Below, in pieces: positions 39,972-48,267 of a DNA stretch of 64,000 bases. The stretch is from Planctomycetota bacterium. Lineage in GTDB: Bacteria; Planctomycetota; PLA2. Under the pieces are notes generated by a model. The model had not been told where the DNA came from. It worked only from the letters and a program-made list of their open reading frames with translations, and made no database searches. The DNA is taken from contig JAJFFF010000043.1 in assembly GCA_021776785.1 (NCBI GenBank), forward strand, positions 4,196-68,195, in the 5' to 3' direction. Numbering within the stretch: position 1 is the first letter of the stretch; the number at the start of each line of letters is the position of its first letter. Position numbers and translations under genes: made by a program.

Positions 39972-42900
39972 CGCGGCAACGACAATACATCCCCGGCGTC
40001 ATCGCCGTCGGCCGCGTACCCGCCCACGTGGTAGACGTGGTCGCGATAGTTCAAAACGTCGATGAGCGCGAGCGTCTGCACGGCGCGCAACGTGACGATC
40101 TGTTCGCTGATGCGTTCCGGGTGACGCATCAGGTCCGCAAGGACAGCCCGGCCCTCCGTCACGGCCTGTTCACCGCACTGATTCCAGTACCGCAAAGCGT
40201 CAGCCGCGCCTTCCACGTTGTGCGACGTCGCGCGCCACGCGGCGCGGCGGGCGTCGGCGTCGTCCACGCCATGCTGCTTCCAGTAGCGCCCGAACTGACG
40301 TCGCCGGCGCCAGCGCGGCCGCCACGAAAACGGTGCGAGTTCGCCCGCGGCCGCGCGGCCAAACACTTCGTCGAGGATTTCGCGTGCGCTGAGCAAGCTG
40401 CGCAGCCCGCGCATGTCGGCCACGTACGCGCACGCCGCCGCGCGCACGCGTTCGCGGTCGTAGCCGCTGTCCTTGAGGATGCGACTGAGGCGGGCCATGT
40501 CGCGCGCGATGCGCTGGCGCTCGGTTTCGAGCTCCCGCTCGAGCTCCGCATCGCCGCCCAGGAACCGGATGTCATCTTGGACGTCTGCGGTTTCGAGACC
40601 GCTTGTTTCGGTGCCCGGGAGGCGCACGCCGCAGTACTCAGGATCGAAGCGTGCACGCATCTTGGTCGCCAGAAGCGCGACGGGACCGCGCATCCGATGA
40701 ATCTTGCGGAGTGCGGTGTAGTAGTCCGCGCCTTCGACGGCATCGAGGTCCACATTGAAGCTCGGCCGACGGATCTCGCCCATGCACCGAATGAGCCACT
40801 TCACGAAACGCACGATGTAGAGCACCACCGCGCGCACGGCGTAGAGCGGAATGAACAGGGCGCGACCATGGGCGAGCCACCGCGAGTAGGCGCGGTACAG
40901 GTTGAGCACGCGTTCTTCGCGCGGGAGTTTATGTAACGGATACGTGCCGAACGTCCGGCGCAATAGATGTCGGCGGTCGCGCTGCATGCGGGCAAGCAAG
41001 TCCGCGCCGAAGCGCAGCCGAATCGTGGCGTCGCGCTGCTCGTCGTCGTCGAGGAAGTGAAGTGCTGTGAACTGGGTAGTGACGTAGACCGTCTGTTCGT
41101 TGGGAATCTCCGGCTCGCCCTCCGCGCGCACCCAGTGTTGGTATTTTTCCATCTCGTCGGGTGTGGAAGCGGCGTGTTGGGAGCGCGGCAGCGCGTTTCT
41201 GTTGTAGTCCACAACGAGGCGCGCCACGCCGTGGGCGATGGATTGACAACCCAGCGCAAACCAGAGGTACGGACCGCGGAGAAACGACTTCTGACGATCC
41301 AAGTCGAGTTTCATCAGCTCCTTGCGGTCTTTCTTTGTGAATCGGTTCGCCATCTTGCGCAGATTGCGGATCGCGAGGTTGCCGAGGAGCTGCGATGTCG
41401 TGCGCGTGTCCGACGAAACAAAAAGCGCGCCGTCGATGCCGTCGCGATACAGCAACACGGTCGTTTCCATCGGGCTAAAGACCCACTCCTTCGCGTCACC
41501 GGCCTGCGCCTCGATGAGCCAGTCCGTCACGCCTTGGACGAAACGTTCCTCGACGTCCTCTTCGATGTGCCCGTGCACGATGCGTTCCGGCCCAAGGACG
41601 CGCCCCTCCATAATGGCAGCGTCGCGCGCGAGGTGGCGTCCCTTGATGGCTTCGGTGAGCGATAGGAACTGTGCTTGCGCGGATTTCTCCAAGAACTCTG
41701 TCGCTTGTCCCGCGATGCGGCGCAGCCACCACCCGAATGCCAGCACAACAATGCAAATTCCGCCGAGGATCTCAATGAAGCTTGTCAGCGAATCGCCGAG
41801 CTTGTCTGCCCATGCCGCGTCGCCGATGAGAGTTCGCACGATGAAAATGAACAGCCCGAACAGGACCAGGCGATACGCCGGCCGGAACGAAGCCTTGATC
41901 ATCGTACGCCCGACGCGGTCCACGAACTGCGCCGGCGTGATGATGCCGTAGAGATCCGCGAACCAGAGCCAGCGTTGGTGCTGGCGCCTTAGTTCCGAAG
42001 CCGACGTTTGGGCGGCCGCGGCCACAACGTCGCCGTCCGTCATCTTCTTGTGCACCGACGGCACGTAGGAGCGCACAAACGGGAGCCAGCGCAGCATGGG
42101 CGACGCGAACAGGCGCACCGCGCGCGCGACACGCGTGACGAAGTCTGCCCCCATCTCGGCTTCGATCTCTTCCGGCGTCACCTTGGACAAGAGATCGAGC
42201 GCCTCTTCGGCGGAGCGATCCCGCGCGATACCGGATTCGGCCGGACGCTGCGTGTGGCGGAGCGGTTTTGTGTCCTTAGAAACTGCCGTCGCCAGGCGTT
42301 GCACGCGCAGCTGCGCAATCGACTCGCGCGTCTCGTCGGGCGCGGACAGGATCAACCGGCGCCAGCGGCGATTGAGGCGCGCTTGGATGCGGTGGACCTG
42401 GACCCCTAACCCCTCGTGGCGCTGGGCCATTTGGTTGCGCTCGGCGCGCGTCGGGTACAGCACGATGTTGCGGTTGAGCACTTCGCCGTACTTGCGGACG
42501 AGGCGGTCGATGCCGCGGCTCAAGAAGCCGAACGCGCGCGCGAAGCGGGCGATGCGCAGCAACCGGACGGCGCGGACGATGCGAATCTTATCCGCGCGCC
42601 GTGCGGCGACGCCGCCGCTTCCGACGGCTAGGTGGAAAAACAGCGCGAAGGGAATCGACGGCACAATGTCCACGAGAAGGTGCCGCCAAAACCACCGCCA
42701 TCGCCCGCGCACGAACACGAGCTTCACGACGATCTCAAAGAGAAAGAACGCGCAGGCGGCGGTGTCGAGGGCCACGAGCCACGTGGGGGGCGGGAGGGCA
42801 GCGCCGGTTTCGGGGTCTAGATCGTTAAGGAAAAACACCTCGACGGCGAGCAGTCCTAAGACGAGCACGATCAACCACAGGATGATCTGGTCGAACTTCG

Positions 42901-43657
42901 CGACGCGTTCGGCGCCGAACCGGAGTTCGAGCCGGTGTTGGAGGTCGCGCTCTTGGAGTTCGGCGGTAAGGCGGCGAATGCGGCGGCGCAAGCGCTTCCG
43001 GCGCCACGATTTATGGGCTTCGACAAACGTTGTGTGCCACGACACGTCGCGCATGACAAGGCGCAAGCGCGCGACGGCTTGGTCGGGATCGACGCCGTCC
43101 ACCGACGCGAGCACGGCGTCCGCGCGATCGAGCAGTTGCGTGGCCCAGTCGTCGCGCGTGTCTTCGCTCGGCGGGTGGGACTCGATCGCGGCGAGCATGG
43201 CGTTGCGCAATTCGGGGCGCACTTCGGCGAGCGGTGACGCGCCCCGCTGCCGCGCGAGAGCTTCGAGGTCGAACTCACGGGCGGACACGATGGCGCGAAA
43301 GCATGCGCGCGGGTCGTTGCGGTCGAGTGGCGCGAGCACTTGCGCGCGCCACGCGTCCGCGATGTCTTGGACGAGCTGATCGACGAGTTCCGTGGACGCT
43401 TGCGCGGCCTGGGGAAGCTTCATGTCGAGGGTTAGGTCGCGCCAACTCGCGAGGTCGGCGAGGATTGGATGGCCGCGGTCGTCGGACAGGTCCGTGCCGA
43501 GCGCGACGAGCGCTCCAATCGTCGCCGTGACATCCGCTTCCGCTGTCGCAAGGTGCTCCGCTTCCGCGAGCGGCTCGGGTTCGGTCGCGCCAAGATGGTC
43601 GTCGATGCGGCGTTCGAGTTCGCGGAAAAGCTCGTCCGCGGCGGAAGGGTCAGCCAT
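39968..43657 (-). CDS. Large membrane protein containing an S1-S4 voltage-sensor-like domain with no recognisable pore
   Basis: S2 LDTAACAFFLFEIVVKL, S3 LLVDIVPSIPF, S4 RIVRAVRLLRIARFARAF; start ATG 43657 (alternative GTG 43672). Confidence 0.8.
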   Translation of the reverse strand: MADPSAADELFRELERRIDDHLGATEPEPLAEAEHLATAEADVTATIGALVALGTDLSDDRGHPILADLASWRDLTLDMKLPQAAQASTELVDQLVQDIADAWRAQVLAPLDRNDPRACFRAIVSAREFDLEALARQRGASPLAEVRPELRNAMLAAIESHPPSEDTRDDWATQLLDRADAVLASVDGVDPDQAVARLRLVMRDVSWHTTFVEAHKSWRRKRLRRRIRRLTAELQERDLQHRLELRFGAERVAKFDQIILWLIVLVLGLLAVEVFFLNDLDPETGAALPPPTWLVALDTAACAFFLFEIVVKLVFVRGRWRWFWRHLLVDIVPSIPFALFFHLAVGSGGVAARRADKIRIVRAVRLLRIARFARAFGFLSRGIDRLVRKYGEVLNRNIVLYPTRAERNQMAQRHEGLGVQVHRIQARLNRRWRRLILSAPDETRESIAQLRVQRLATAVSKDTKPLRHTQRPAESGIARDRSAEEALDLLSKVTPEEIEAEMGADFVTRVARAVRLFASPMLRWLPFVRSYVPSVHKKMTDGDVVAAAAQTSASELRRQHQRWLWFADLYGIITPAQFVDRVGRTMIKASFRPAYRLVLFGLFIFIVRTLIGDAAWADKLGDSLTSFIEILGGICIVVLAFGWWLRRIAGQATEFLEKSAQAQFLSLTEAIKGRHLARDAAIMEGRVLGPERIVHGHIEEDVEERFVQGVTDWLIEAQAGDAKEWVFSPMETTVLLYRDGIDGALFVSSDTRTTSQLLGNLAIRNLRKMANRFTKKDRKELMKLDLDRQKSFLRGPYLWFALGCQSIAHGVARLVVDYNRNALPRSQHAASTPDEMEKYQHWVRAEGEPEIPNEQTVYVTTQFTALHFLDDDEQRDATIRLRFGADLLARMQRDRRHLLRRTFGTYPLHKLPREERVLNLYRAYSRWLAHGRALFIPLYAVRAVVLYIVRFVKWLIRCMGEIRRPSFNVDLDAVEGADYYTALRKIHRMRGPVALLATKMRARFDPEYCGVRLPGTETSGLETADVQDDIRFLGGDAELERELETERQRIARDMARLSRILKDSGYDRERVRAAACAYVADMRGLRSLLSAREILDEVFGRAAAGELAPFSWRPRWRRRRQFGRYWKQHGVDDADARRAAWRATSHNVEGAADALRYWNQCGEQAVTEGRAVLADLMRHPERISEQIVTLRAVQTLALIDVLNYRDHVYHVGGYAADGDDAGDVLSLPR

Positions 43658-45350
43658 CGCCGTCGCCGCCACTCCCCTCCGCGTCGTCAGGCCGCGTTCC
43701 GATCACTACCGGCGGCGGCACATCGCGCCCCGTAAACTCGTCGACGATGGCGCGCGCCACTTGGCGTCCGCCGCGGTGCGCTGCCGGCATGGAGTCGTAC
43801 TCTTGGTGCTCCGGCATCTCGCTTTGCACAACATGCAGTGTCTGCGTCGGAAACGCGAACTCGATGCCGAGTTTGTTCGCCAGGCGCAAGATGTCGAGCA
43901 TCAGGCGCTGGCGCTCGCGCAGCTCTGTTGACCAGTCGCCGCAGTTGAAAAACAGATACATCAAGATGTTGAGCGACGACTCTCCAAAGCTATGGAAATA
44001 GACGTGGTAGTAGTCTTTGCGTGTGTACGGATGCAGCCGGATGAGCTCGCGAATGCCCTCCGTGAATGCCGCGACTTTTTGCGGCGGCGTGTCGTACGCG
44101 ATACCGAGTGACTCCTTGCAGCGGCGGTACTTGCGCGCCCCGAGGTTGTCGACCGATGTGCGAATGAGCATCGCGTTGGGAAACGTGATGAGTGAGTTGT
44201 AAAACGTGCGCACGCGCGTCGATCGGAAGCCGACTTCTTCGACCGCTCCTTCGATGCCGCCCGTCTTGATCCAGTCGCCCACCTGAAACGGTTGGTCCGT
44301 GAGAATGCCGACCGCTCCAAAAAAGTTCTCGACCGTGTCCTTGCTCGCCATCGCGATCGCCAAGCCACCGATGCCGAGGCCGGCCAGCAACGCGCTGATG
44401 TTCATGCCGAGGTTATCGGCGATCCACACGAGGCCGAGCACGACGATGAACACTTTGAGCGCGCGCCGCAACATCGGGACGAGCAAGTCGTCAACGCGGT
44501 TGTCCGACCGCTTCGCGAATCCGGCAAAAATATCGCTGGCCCAATCGACGATGCGCGAAAGCGACCAGATCACCGCGACCATCAAGACCAGCCGTGCCGC
44601 GAAGTTTAGGATCTCGTACGTCGTGTCGGACAGGTCGAGGAACGGAATGCCGGCGAGCCAAACCGCGGCCGTCGCGAAGAGCGCGAACGGGCGCCCTGAT
44701 TTTCGATTCGGATGGAACTCGACGTCGCGACGCTCCGCAATCTCGCGTTTCATCGAGCCGATGACAAGCCGCGCGATGAGGCCGGCCATCAGGCCGAGGA
44801 TCGTGATCAATAAGATCCCGAGCCACTGCCAGTTTTGCAAGACGAACGGTTTGGCGAGCATCCACGCGGGGAGGCGCGGCCGCAGCCAACTCGAAAAGCT
44901 GTTCGGCTCTGGCTCCACGCGTTGCTTGTCGCTCGAGACGGCCGCGAAGTAGTCGCTTACGTTTTCGCGCGTGCGCTTCGTAAACACCCAGCCGTTCTCG
45001 CTGAGAACGCACTCGAGCGTGCCTTGCTCTGTGGGGTGAAGATAGATCGCGCCGGTAAACGTCGCGTCCGGAACGTCGGATAGGTCGAGTCGCTTCGTGA
45101 GTCGATCGAGGTAGCCGACGAGATACGCGCCTGCCTTTTGGCCCGCTTGGTGGCGGCGCGCTTCGGGGAGGTCGCTGAGGTCGAAGAGACTCGCGAGTTG
45201 GTCCGGCGTGGCGCTGTGGCGGGCGTCCGCGACCGCCAGGGCCCTCTCGAACAGTGCGCGCGGGCCCTCGTTCGTGGATTGCGCGGCCAAAACGGCCGTC
45301 AGCAATGTGATCCCGATCCCAATCCGCCATGCGCCCAAGTTACGAAGCAT
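43650..45350 (-). CDS. MscS family mechanosensitive channel with an N-terminal periplasmic domain
   Basis: ALLAGLGIGGLAIAMASKDTVENFFG, PFQVGDWI, GAVEEVGFRSTRVRT, GIEFAFPTQT. Confidence 0.93.
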   Translation of the reverse strand: MLRNLGAWRIGIGITLLTAVLAAQSTNEGPRALFERALAVADARHSATPDQLASLFDLSDLPEARRHQAGQKAGAYLVGYLDRLTKRLDLSDVPDATFTGAIYLHPTEQGTLECVLSENGWVFTKRTRENVSDYFAAVSSDKQRVEPEPNSFSSWLRPRLPAWMLAKPFVLQNWQWLGILLITILGLMAGLIARLVIGSMKREIAERRDVEFHPNRKSGRPFALFATAAVWLAGIPFLDLSDTTYEILNFAARLVLMVAVIWSLSRIVDWASDIFAGFAKRSDNRVDDLLVPMLRRALKVFIVVLGLVWIADNLGMNISALLAGLGIGGLAIAMASKDTVENFFGAVGILTDQPFQVGDWIKTGGIEGAVEEVGFRSTRVRTFYNSLITFPNAMLIRTSVDNLGARKYRRCKESLGIAYDTPPQKVAAFTEGIRELIRLHPYTRKDYYHVYFHSFGESSLNILMYLFFNCGDWSTELRERQRLMLDILRLANKLGIEFAFPTQTLHVVQSEMPEHQEYDSMPAAHRGGRQVARAIVDEFTGRDVPPPVVIGTRPDDAEGSGGDGDG

Positions 45351-45397
45351 GGCGGAATCTTACGGGATGGGGAGGCCAGTTCGACCGATTCGCAACG

Positions 45398-45943
45398 TTA
45401 GCGCAACGCGGCAGCGATTTCGTCGGCGGCGCGTTCCGGCGTCGTGTTCACGACACGGACGTCAAATTCGTCGGCGCGTTCCATTTCGGCGCGCGCCACA
45501 GCGAGTCGACGCGCGACGGTTGCGTCGTCGTCGGTGCCGCGGCTGCGCAAACGCGCTTCGAGTTCTTCCAGGGACGGCGGCAGGAGGAACACGGTTATGC
45601 AAGGCAACGACCCGGCGCGAATCGACGCCGCACCTTGCACGTCGATGTTGAGGAGTGCGTGGCGCCCGGCAGCGAGGATTTGCTCGGCTTGCGAGCGCGG
45701 CGAGCCGTACCGCTGTCCGTACACATCGGCCCACTCCAAGAAGCGCCCTTCATCGATCCAGGTTTGAAACACAGCCTCGGTGAGGAAGAAGTAGTCCTCG
45801 CCGTGACGTTCCTGACCGCGGGCGGCGCGAGTCGTTGCCGTCACGACGCGCTCGAACTCCCGACGCCTTAGAAGCTGCGTGCACACGGTCGTTTTTCCGA
45901 CGCCCGACGGGCCCGAGACGACGGCCAAGCGCGGCTGGCTCAT
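45398..45943 (-). CDS. gmk: Guanylate kinase
   Basis: SGPSGVGKTT, TTRAARGQERHGEDYFF, FLEWA, IDVQGA, PPSLEELEARL. Confidence 0.95.
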   Translation of the reverse strand: MSQPRLAVVSGPSGVGKTTVCTQLLRRREFERVVTATTRAARGQERHGEDYFFLTEAVFQTWIDEGRFLEWADVYGQRYGSPRSQAEQILAAGRHALLNIDVQGAASIRAGSLPCITVFLLPPSLEELEARLRSRGTDDDATVARRLAVARAEMERADEFDVRVVNTTPERAADEIAAALR

Positions 45944-46821
45944 TCCAGGTTGGCGACCTGCTCTTTGAGCCGATCGATGTCGGACTTGAGCTCGATGACG
46001 CGGCGGGCGATCTCGACGTCGCCGCTCTTCGAGCCGATCGTGTTGGTTTCGCGCAGGAGTTCTTGGCACAAGAAGTCGAGTGTGCGCCCGATTTCTTCGT
46101 CCAACGCCAAGTAGCGGTCGAATTCGTCGAAGTGCGCGGCTAAGCGCGTCAGTTCTTCGGTGATGTCGCAGCGGTCCGCGTAGACCGCCACCTCGCGGGC
46201 GAGCGTCGCGTCGTCGAGATGCGCGCCGCTGCCGTCGAGCAGTTGCGCCACGCGCTCACGCAGTCGATCGCGATACTCGGTGACGACGTGCGGCGCGCGC
46301 TTGCGAATACCGGCTAGCGTCTTGCGCATCCGCTTCAAGATGACGCGCAGGTCCTTGATCAGGTGCGTTGCTTCGCGACCGCGCATTTCCTCAAGCGCAT
46401 CGAGGGCCGCGGTCACGGTGTTGCGCACAACTTTTAGATCGGCGGGACGCAGCGGCTCGGACGCGCCGGACTCTACGACGCCGGGCAGCGCGGCCAGCGC
46501 GGCGGCGGTCAATTTCGGCTCGACCAGTCCCTCTTTCGCCAGCGCGGCGATCGCGTTGGCAAACCCACGGACGATCTCGGGCTTGATGCGGAGAAGATCG
46601 TCGGCTTTGAGGAACGAGAGACGAACAAAGCAGGTGAGGGATCCACGGCGCACGCGCTTGCGGATCCAGCTCTCGATCTCCGACTCGCGCGCATTGAGCA
46701 CCGACGGGGTGCGCAACGAGATCTTCAGCGAGCGCGAGTTAACCGTCCGGATCTCGCACTCTACGTGGATGCGGCTGCCAGCAACGCTCGCCGCACCGTA
46801 GCCCGTCATGCTTCGGGGCAT
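45940..46821 (-). CDS. yicC: YicC/YloC family endoribonuclease
   Basis: SMTGYG, DITEELTRL, GRTLDFLCQELLRETNTIGSK, EQVANLE; adjacent to gmk. Confidence 0.93.
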   Translation of the reverse strand: MPRSMTGYGAASVAGSRIHVECEIRTVNSRSLKISLRTPSVLNARESEIESWIRKRVRRGSLTCFVRLSFLKADDLLRIKPEIVRGFANAIAALAKEGLVEPKLTAAALAALPGVVESGASEPLRPADLKVVRNTVTAALDALEEMRGREATHLIKDLRVILKRMRKTLAGIRKRAPHVVTEYRDRLRERVAQLLDGSGAHLDDATLAREVAVYADRCDITEELTRLAAHFDEFDRYLALDEEIGRTLDFLCQELLRETNTIGSKSGDVEIARRVIELKSDIDRLKEQVANLE

Positions 46822-46830
46822 AGGTTCCGG

Positions 46831-47229
46831 CTAGTCTCCGTCGGTGCCGTCGCCGGAGCCGCCGGTCGAGTCGTTTTTGGCCGGTTCGTTCGAGGTGGCT
46901 CCGACCTTGGAATCGGGCCCGTCCCAGTCCATTTCCTTCTCGGCCTGGATGTCGGAAGCCGCGGGGGCTTCACCCTCCGGCCACGCGGCGTAAATCACCG
47001 CGAGCAGCATCCAGGTAAAGGCCAGCCACGCGGTGAATTTATTCACGCCGCCGGCCTGGACGCCAAACGTCTCTTGGCCCGCGCCGCCGAACGCCGCCGA
47101 CAGGCCGCCGCCCTTGGGCTCCTGGAGTAACACCACCAGCATGAGCAGCAAGGCCAGGAGAATAAAAAAGACGAGCATCATGCCTTTGAGGAAGGCTTGG
47201 ACGCTGAAGGCTAAGAGCAAGAGTTCCAT
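46831..47229 (-). CDS. secG: Preprotein translocase subunit SecG
   Basis: VLLQEPKGGGLSAAFGG..FG, two TM helices; downstream of tpiA. Confidence 0.9.
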   Translation of the reverse strand: MELLLLAFSVQAFLKGMMLVFFILLALLLMLVVLLQEPKGGGLSAAFGGAGQETFGVQAGGVNKFTAWLAFTWMLLAVIYAAWPEGEAPAASDIQAEKEMDWDGPDSKVGATSNEPAKNDSTGGSGDGTDGD

Positions 47230-47301
47230 AGTGTCTGATCCGAACCGCGGATTGTACTACGGTCTCAACGGAGATTCCCCAATACGGAGCACCTCTCGAC
47301 T

Positions 47302-48054
47302 TCAGCTTGTCGCGGCGATGATTCCGGCGAAACTTGGGGCGGACAGGCTTGCCCCGCCGACCAGCGCGCCATTCACGTGGGGGACCCCTAAGAGCTCCCG
47401 CGCATTGGCCGGCTTCACGCTGCCGCCATACAGAATGCGGACGGTTTCGCCCGCCGCCGCCCACAGGTCCTGGAGCAGAGCTCGAATCTGCGCGTGCACT
47501 GCGCCGGCCTGCGCCGGAGTCGCCGTCAGCCCCGTTCCGATCGCCCAAACAGGCTCGTAGGCAACGGTGACTTCGCCCGTTTTGTCAGCACCGACGCCCG
47601 CCAGGCCCGCTCGCACCTGGCGTTCCACAACGGCCGCGGTCTGACCGGCCTCGCGCTCCGCCAAGGTCTCCCCGACGCAAAGGGTGGGCAAAATGTCATG
47701 ACCCAGCGCCGCGAGCACCTTCTGATTCACAAAGTCGTCGCTCTCGCCAAACAGTTGGCGGCGTTCGCTATGCCCGCAGAGCACCCGCGTGGCGCCCACA
47801 TCGAGGAGCATGCTCGGCGAGATCTCCCCCGTGAACGCGCCCTGATCTTGGGGATGCATGTTTTGGGCGCCCACGCTGATTTCGGAGTCCGAAACGGCAC
47901 CCAGCACGTCGCTGAGACAGGTAAAAGGCGGATAGAGAGCTACATCCGCCGCTTCCAAGGGGTCTGGAATCGAACGCACCAGAGCGGTGGCCAGCTCCCG
48001 CGCGGCCGAGCGAGTCATGTGCATCTTCCAGTTGCCAGCGATCAACGGCTTCAT
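47302..48054 (-). CDS. tpiA: Triosephosphate isomerase
   Basis: AGNWKM, GHSERR, AYEPVWAIGTG, YGGSV, LVGGASL. Confidence 0.97.
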   Translation of the reverse strand: MKPLIAGNWKMHMTRSAARELATALVRSIPDPLEAADVALYPPFTCLSDVLGAVSDSEISVGAQNMHPQDQGAFTGEISPSMLLDVGATRVLCGHSERRQLFGESDDFVNQKVLAALGHDILPTLCVGETLAEREAGQTAAVVERQVRAGLAGVGADKTGEVTVAYEPVWAIGTGLTATPAQAGAVHAQIRALLQDLWAAAGETVRILYGGSVKPANARELLGVPHVNGALVGGASLSAPSFAGIIAATS

Positions 48055-48267
48055 ATCGATACTTTATCGGCAGATCGCCGCGTCCGGCAGCGTGGGGGAG
48101 CGTGACTGCGCTCGCTCGGCTCGATGGGACGAGTGGTGCACGGATTGGTGCCGCGGAAACCGCCTAGATCTAAACTTTTTGTCTCAATGTGGCCCGGCAT
48201 GAGGTTAAACGGGACAAAAAGGGAGCAATCTATTGGTTTGTTCCCGGATCAGCGATAGAGCTTCTAC

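Noticed and set aside
46822..47301. tRNA often found beside secG
   Set aside because: No cloverleaf or T-loop seen; secG is followed directly by yicC.
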